A DNA stretch of 64,000 bases from positions 128,001 to 192,000 of the forward strand of contig CAXXMV010000001.1 in assembly GCA_963662285.2 (NCBI GenBank). The letters are read 5' to 3'. The notes below the pieces were generated by a model. That model was not told where the DNA came from and did no database searches. It saw nothing but the letters and a program-made list of their open reading frames with translations. Every line of letters begins with the position of its first letter. Position 1 is the stretch's first letter. The DNA comes from a bacterium. Its GTDB lineage: Bacteria; Hinthialibacterota; Hinthialibacteria; Hinthialibacterales; Hinthialibacteraceae. The translations under genes and the position numbers were made by a program. This document shows positions 60,134-64,000 of this stretch, piece by piece.

Positions 60134-63100
60134 TTATTCAGGTTCATCGATACGGACATGAGGTCCAACAATGGCACCAAGAAACATACCATCACGAACA
60201 GCGGATGTGATGATTGTAGCGTCAGCATCGCCTACAAGAGTTTTCCAGTCACTGTCCTTCGTCTTGTATTCAAAAGAACAGGTAGCCTTATCTGCTTTAA
60301 CACGTAAATCGATTTCATTTAGCGACGATAACTCTACTTCACCGACTCGGTTTACATCCCGGCCTTCGACTTTTTCGAGATAGAGTTGAGTCTTACCGTT
60401 TTTATACTGTACCGCCAGAAAATAGTGATATCTCTCATTCATGAAAAGCACTAATCCCGAAGAAATCCCCTCATTCTTTGGAATGCCAACTGATAGAGCA
60501 GCCATGTACTTAGCATGTCGAACTCGTCGTCCCAAAAAGCTGGGATTGCCAGAACCTCTTAGTGTTTCTGAACGGGGAGTTAATTCGAGTCGTTCGGTTG
60601 TTGTATTTACGTTCCACCATTCCTCCTCAGGTTCACGGAGCATAATCCACTCCAATGAAAGATCCTTCTGTTTGAAATCATCACTCCAAGTAAAACTGCC
60701 ATTGAGAGGTGCATCTGATGCTTGAATTTCAACGCCATTGGGTGATTTGCTTACAAGTGGCACTCGCTCGCCCGGCGGCAAGATGATCGGCCAATCATCA
60801 TCTGTCCAATTGACTGGCAGCAAGAACGTTTCTCGTCCCATTGGAGAAAGCCCATTTTTGTATGGACGCACGGCAAGAAATACTGCCCACCAATTATTGT
60901 CCGGCCCAATAACCAAATCGGCATGTCCCGTACAAGTAACAGCGTTGGGTGCATTGCTATCCAAATCACGTTGAGTTAGGATCGGATTCTTATCCCAAGG
61001 GATGTAGGGACCATCGACTTCTTTGCTGCGAAAAATGACTTGTGAATGCTGCGTACTCGTGCCACCCTCAGCACAGCAGAGATAGTACCAACCTTTGAGT
61101 TTATAGATATGCGGTCCTTCTATCCAAACCGGCTTTTTTGAAATATCGACACCGCCATTAATGAGCAACTTACGCGACTCATACATTTTTTTGTTTTTAG
61201 GATCAAACTGCTGAATCCAAACTGCACGGTGCCCATCATATAATGGTCTGCCTTCAGGAGCATCATTATAGACAATCCAGGCTGTTCCATCTTCATCAAA
61301 GAAGATCGAAGGATCAATTCCGCCAAACCTTAAGGGCATGGGATCAGACCAAGGGCCAGCCGGATTTTCAGCTGTTACTACGAAATTGCCTGGGCCGTCG
61401 ATCTTGGTACATACAACGTAAAAAAGTCCATCATGATAAGTGATAGCTGGGGCGAATAGTCCTGCACTTACTCGGCGGTTCCTAAAGTTGAGTTGTTCAG
61501 GGCGATGAATAACATGGCCAATCTGTTTCCAATTTACAAGATCGGTACTATGAAAGATCGGTAAACCAGGAAAGTATTCGAAGGTCGAATTAATCAGGTA
61601 GTAGTCCTTGCCTGCGCGGCAAATACTCGGATCAGGGTGAAAACCGGCGAGAATCGGATTACGATACTGATCGGAAGAAAGTGGAGCAGTTGCATTGATA
61701 TCTTCTCCCGTGTATTCGAAATTATCGAAAAATACTGGCTTTATTTGTTGCGCGGACTTATCATCCGTCAAAATAAAGGAATCTACATCAACAAAACCCG
61801 CACTAGACTCAGGATTATAGTAAAAGATAGCGAACTGCTGTCCTTGAAATGTTCCGGTTTGCCAATCGAATTGGAGTGGAAATTCTTGTCCTGCATCAGA
61901 CCAATTCTGACCATCCAAACTATATGAACATTTTCCCTTATGGATTTCGAAGTCCATCTCCGTGCGGAGCATAATAAAATCGGTTTGAATGGAAGTTAGT
62001 ATTTCGCTTTCATGTGTTTTCTGACCGTTTTTTATATCTTCTATCACTTGTTTTCCAAGAGTTAATTCACCTTGTTCATTGCAAGTAATGAATATGTGTC
62101 CGTTAAATTTCCCTAATGTTCCAAAACCGCAGATGTCTCCAGGCTTGAGATGACTCAAATCCAAAGTCACGGTACCTTGGCACCACGGCCCCCATCCCTT
62201 TTGGGTGAGCGTATTGCGTGCTGTCCAAAATTGATCGGATTGTGTTGCTTTGAGACGAAGATAGCCGGGCCGTTCGGTAAGCGACCAGCGATTATCGTCA
62301 GGATTGTGATTCCACTGCCATTGCAATCCCAATATATCAGAATCGAATTGATCCGATGTTGCTGGCTCTAAGACCGGTTTGCCTTGAATTGGTTTGGTTG
62401 CAACATCCGGCACAGTGCCTGGAGCGTCTGGCGTTCCCCACATGGGCCAATCATCTTGCCAAAAGATGGGACTGATATTAGTGATTCTGCCCACCGACTT
62501 GAAATCACACATCACGAATCCGTACCAACTCCCATCAGGCAGATCGACAATGGCTCCCTGATGACCACCGGTTCTATCGTCGATAGACCGTTTTGTTTCC
62601 CAAGGGCCATTTAGACTTTTAGCACGCGATATATCCATTCCCAATCTTCTGGGTATGGATTGAAACAAGTAGTACCAATCTCCACGTTTGATAATCTTTG
62701 ATCCTTCAGCGCCTCTGTTAAAAAAAACCTTTTTTGCTTCTTCTATTTCAGTGTAATCTTCATTTAGAGTTAATAGAGTGAGTGTTCCGTCGTATCCAGC
62801 CGATGTCGCAACATAACCCTTGCCGTCATCATCGAAAAATAAGGCTGGATCAAATGCACCGCGGTCTAATTCTATATAATTCCATGGGCCTCTTGCATCT
62901 TTGGCTGTGTATATTCTTGTCTTTTGTCCCACTGGAGTTACAGCCACATAGAAAGTGCCATTATGGTATCGAAGGCTTGGTGCAAATATTCCAGATCGGT
63001 AGGCTGTACCTTTTTGAAGATCGTATTCTGACCGTCCATTCAACCGTTTGATGACATGGGAAAGATATCTCCAGTTAACTAAATCTTGCGAGTGCAGAAT

Positions 63101-63316
63101 CGTTAATCCTGGTGTGTTCACAAAGGTGGTTGTCGCAAAATAAAAATCATCACCAACTCTAATGATGTCTGGATCTGGGAAATCGGCATAAAGAGGTGGA
63201 TTGGAATAGGTTCCGTCACCATTGTCCGATTGCCTTGCCAAAAGAGTACTTGTGAAAACAACAAGTAAGCAAAAGAGTGTGAGTGATGATATAAGTTTCT
63301 TGAAAAGATTTTCCAC
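60134..63316 (-). CDS. Secreted tandem GH43 beta-xylosidase/arabinofuranosidase (two catalytic plus C-terminal modules)
   Basis: NPPLYADFPDPDI and NPILAGFHPDPSI, FDPAL/IDPSI, AEG/IEGPH motifs. GTG start at 63316 after an AGGAG RBS. Confidence 0.9.
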   Translation of the reverse strand: MENLFKKLISSLTLFCLLVVFTSTLLARQSDNGDGTYSNPPLYADFPDPDIIRVGDDFYFATTTFVNTPGLTILHSQDLVNWRYLSHVIKRLNGRSEYDLQKGTAYRSGIFAPSLRYHNGTFYVAVTPVGQKTRIYTAKDARGPWNYIELDRGAFDPALFFDDDGKGYVATSAGYDGTLTLLTLNEDYTEIEEAKKVFFNRGAEGSKIIKRGDWYYLFQSIPRRLGMDISRAKSLNGPWETKRSIDDRTGGHQGAIVDLPDGSWYGFVMCDFKSVGRITNISPIFWQDDWPMWGTPDAPGTVPDVATKPIQGKPVLEPATSDQFDSDILGLQWQWNHNPDDNRWSLTERPGYLRLKATQSDQFWTARNTLTQKGWGPWCQGTVTLDLSHLKPGDICGFGTLGKFNGHIFITCNEQGELTLGKQVIEDIKNGQKTHESEILTSIQTDFIMLRTEMDFEIHKGKCSYSLDGQNWSDAGQEFPLQFDWQTGTFQGQQFAIFYYNPESSAGFVDVDSFILTDDKSAQQIKPVFFDNFEYTGEDINATAPLSSDQYRNPILAGFHPDPSICRAGKDYYLINSTFEYFPGLPIFHSTDLVNWKQIGHVIHRPEQLNFRNRRVSAGLFAPAITYHDGLFYVVCTKIDGPGNFVVTAENPAGPWSDPMPLRFGGIDPSIFFDEDGTAWIVYNDAPEGRPLYDGHRAVWIQQFDPKNKKMYESRKLLINGGVDISKKPVWIEGPHIYKLKGWYYLCCAEGGTSTQHSQVIFRSKEVDGPYIPWDKNPILTQRDLDSNAPNAVTCTGHADLVIGPDNNWWAVFLAVRPYKNGLSPMGRETFLLPVNWTDDDWPIILPPGERVPLVSKSPNGVEIQASDAPLNGSFTWSDDFKQKDLSLEWIMLREPEEEWWNVNTTTERLELTPRSETLRGSGNPSFLGRRVRHAKYMAALSVGIPKNEGISSGLVLFMNERYHYFLAVQYKNGKTQLYLEKVEGRDVNRVGEVELSSLNEIDLRVKADKATCSFEYKTKDSDWKTLVGDADATIITSAVRDGMFLGAIVGPHVRIDEPE

Positions 63317-63365
63317 GTTTTTCTCCTCTAAGCGGATAACAACTGTCAAAAAAGTTGTGTTTTGA

Positions 63366-64000
63366 TTATTTCTGATTTAGTTTCAAGAGACCAAGCCGAT
63401 AGGGTAAAAGTTCGTATCGACCACCGGACGATGGATAGCGTCCCTGAAAAAGCAACTGTAGGTTATTGGGATCAATTGTCATCGTTTCATCATATCCATC
63501 GCGGAGTAATTCTCCATGACTGATATCCTTAGTCCAGGCTTCAACCCCTTCTGTAAAGGAGACATTGTTGATCCCGGCAAACGGTGTATCCCATGTGTTC
63601 GCGTTAGTTACTTCCGTCCAATCTCCATTTAGGTGATCAGCAATCCAGGCACGGTAATAGCGGGCAGGACCAATCGCTTCGACAAGTGTTATATATTTAT
63701 CAGTGCCTTTGATTTTGTAGGTCATGCTGCCTTCAAAAACATCAAATCGTCTTCCTTCAATAATAACTTCCGGTTCGCTCATGCCTTTGGGGAAATCTTC
63801 GATCTTGGTTTGGCTACGATACGTACGTCCGTTATCACCAGTGAAAAACAGATAGGCGTGTGTATCGTCACAAATCACCCAATAGTCAATCCATAAGCGT
63901 GGAGCGGTGGTAGGTTTTGAATCAAAAAAGTCTTGCGGCTTGGTCCAGGTTTCCGGTTTGGAAAGATCATCCGTTGTACAATACTGAGGCTGTTGCGATT
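63366..64000 (-). CDS. GH62 alpha-L-arabinofuranosidase, 5'-partial
   Basis: IDYWVICDD, LFFTGDNG, FEGS, WTKDISHGELLR, LPYRLGLL. The frame continues past the window end. Confidence 0.88.
   Translation of the reverse strand, partial: SQQPQYCTTDDLSKPETWTKPQDFFDSKPTTAPRLWIDYWVICDDTHAYLFFTGDNGRTYRSQTKIEDFPKGMSEPEVIIEGRRFDVFEGSMTYKIKGTDKYITLVEAIGPARYYRAWIADHLNGDWTEVTNANTWDTPFAGINNVSFTEGVEAWTKDISHGELLRDGYDETMTIDPNNLQLLFQGRYPSSGGRYELLPYRLGLLKLNQK

Noticed and set aside
1-64000. CRISPR array, cas genes, reverse transcriptase, integron integrase, rRNA
   Set aside because: No regularly spaced repeats and no YADD-type RT, Cas or tyrosine-recombinase motifs were seen in the ORF track or sequence.

Overview
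Bacterial chromosomal window, about 45-50% GC by eye. The Tat-exported Gfo/Idh/MocA oxidoreductases, many CAZymes and giant secreted proteins resemble PVC or candidate-phylum heterotrophs, but taxonomy cannot be fixed from sequence alone. Metabolic genes: carB, GH2, GH5, a tandem GH43, GH62, four Gfo/Idh/MocA oxidoreductases, a sodium:solute symporter operon and a glycerol-1-phosphate-dehydrogenase-like gene. There are two accessory zones. (1) 11.3-34.4 kb is a surface-protein locus with two IS66 remnants. It encodes two secreted proteins ending in an ADFAE intramolecular-chaperone-like domain, a 90-aa partner, and two convergent ~2700-aa paralogues with an N-terminal dockerin and a C-terminal cohesin-like domain. 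Three of these proteins share a C-terminal [VI]xxW[MF][LI]Y tail. (2) 45.4-60 kb is a mobile/defence hotspot with a new 185-bp MITE, IS200, IS630, IS66 and IS4 elements, a truncated ATPase-nuclease gene and a tRNA-Gly 3' fragment. The main finding lies here: an integron-type cassette array without an integrase (49490-54032). Its three cassettes each have exactly complementary core sites and encode HNH-PNP-EAD, SIR2-like and TIR proteins, all candidate anti-phage effectors. All domain calls come from motif recognition by eye, not database searches.
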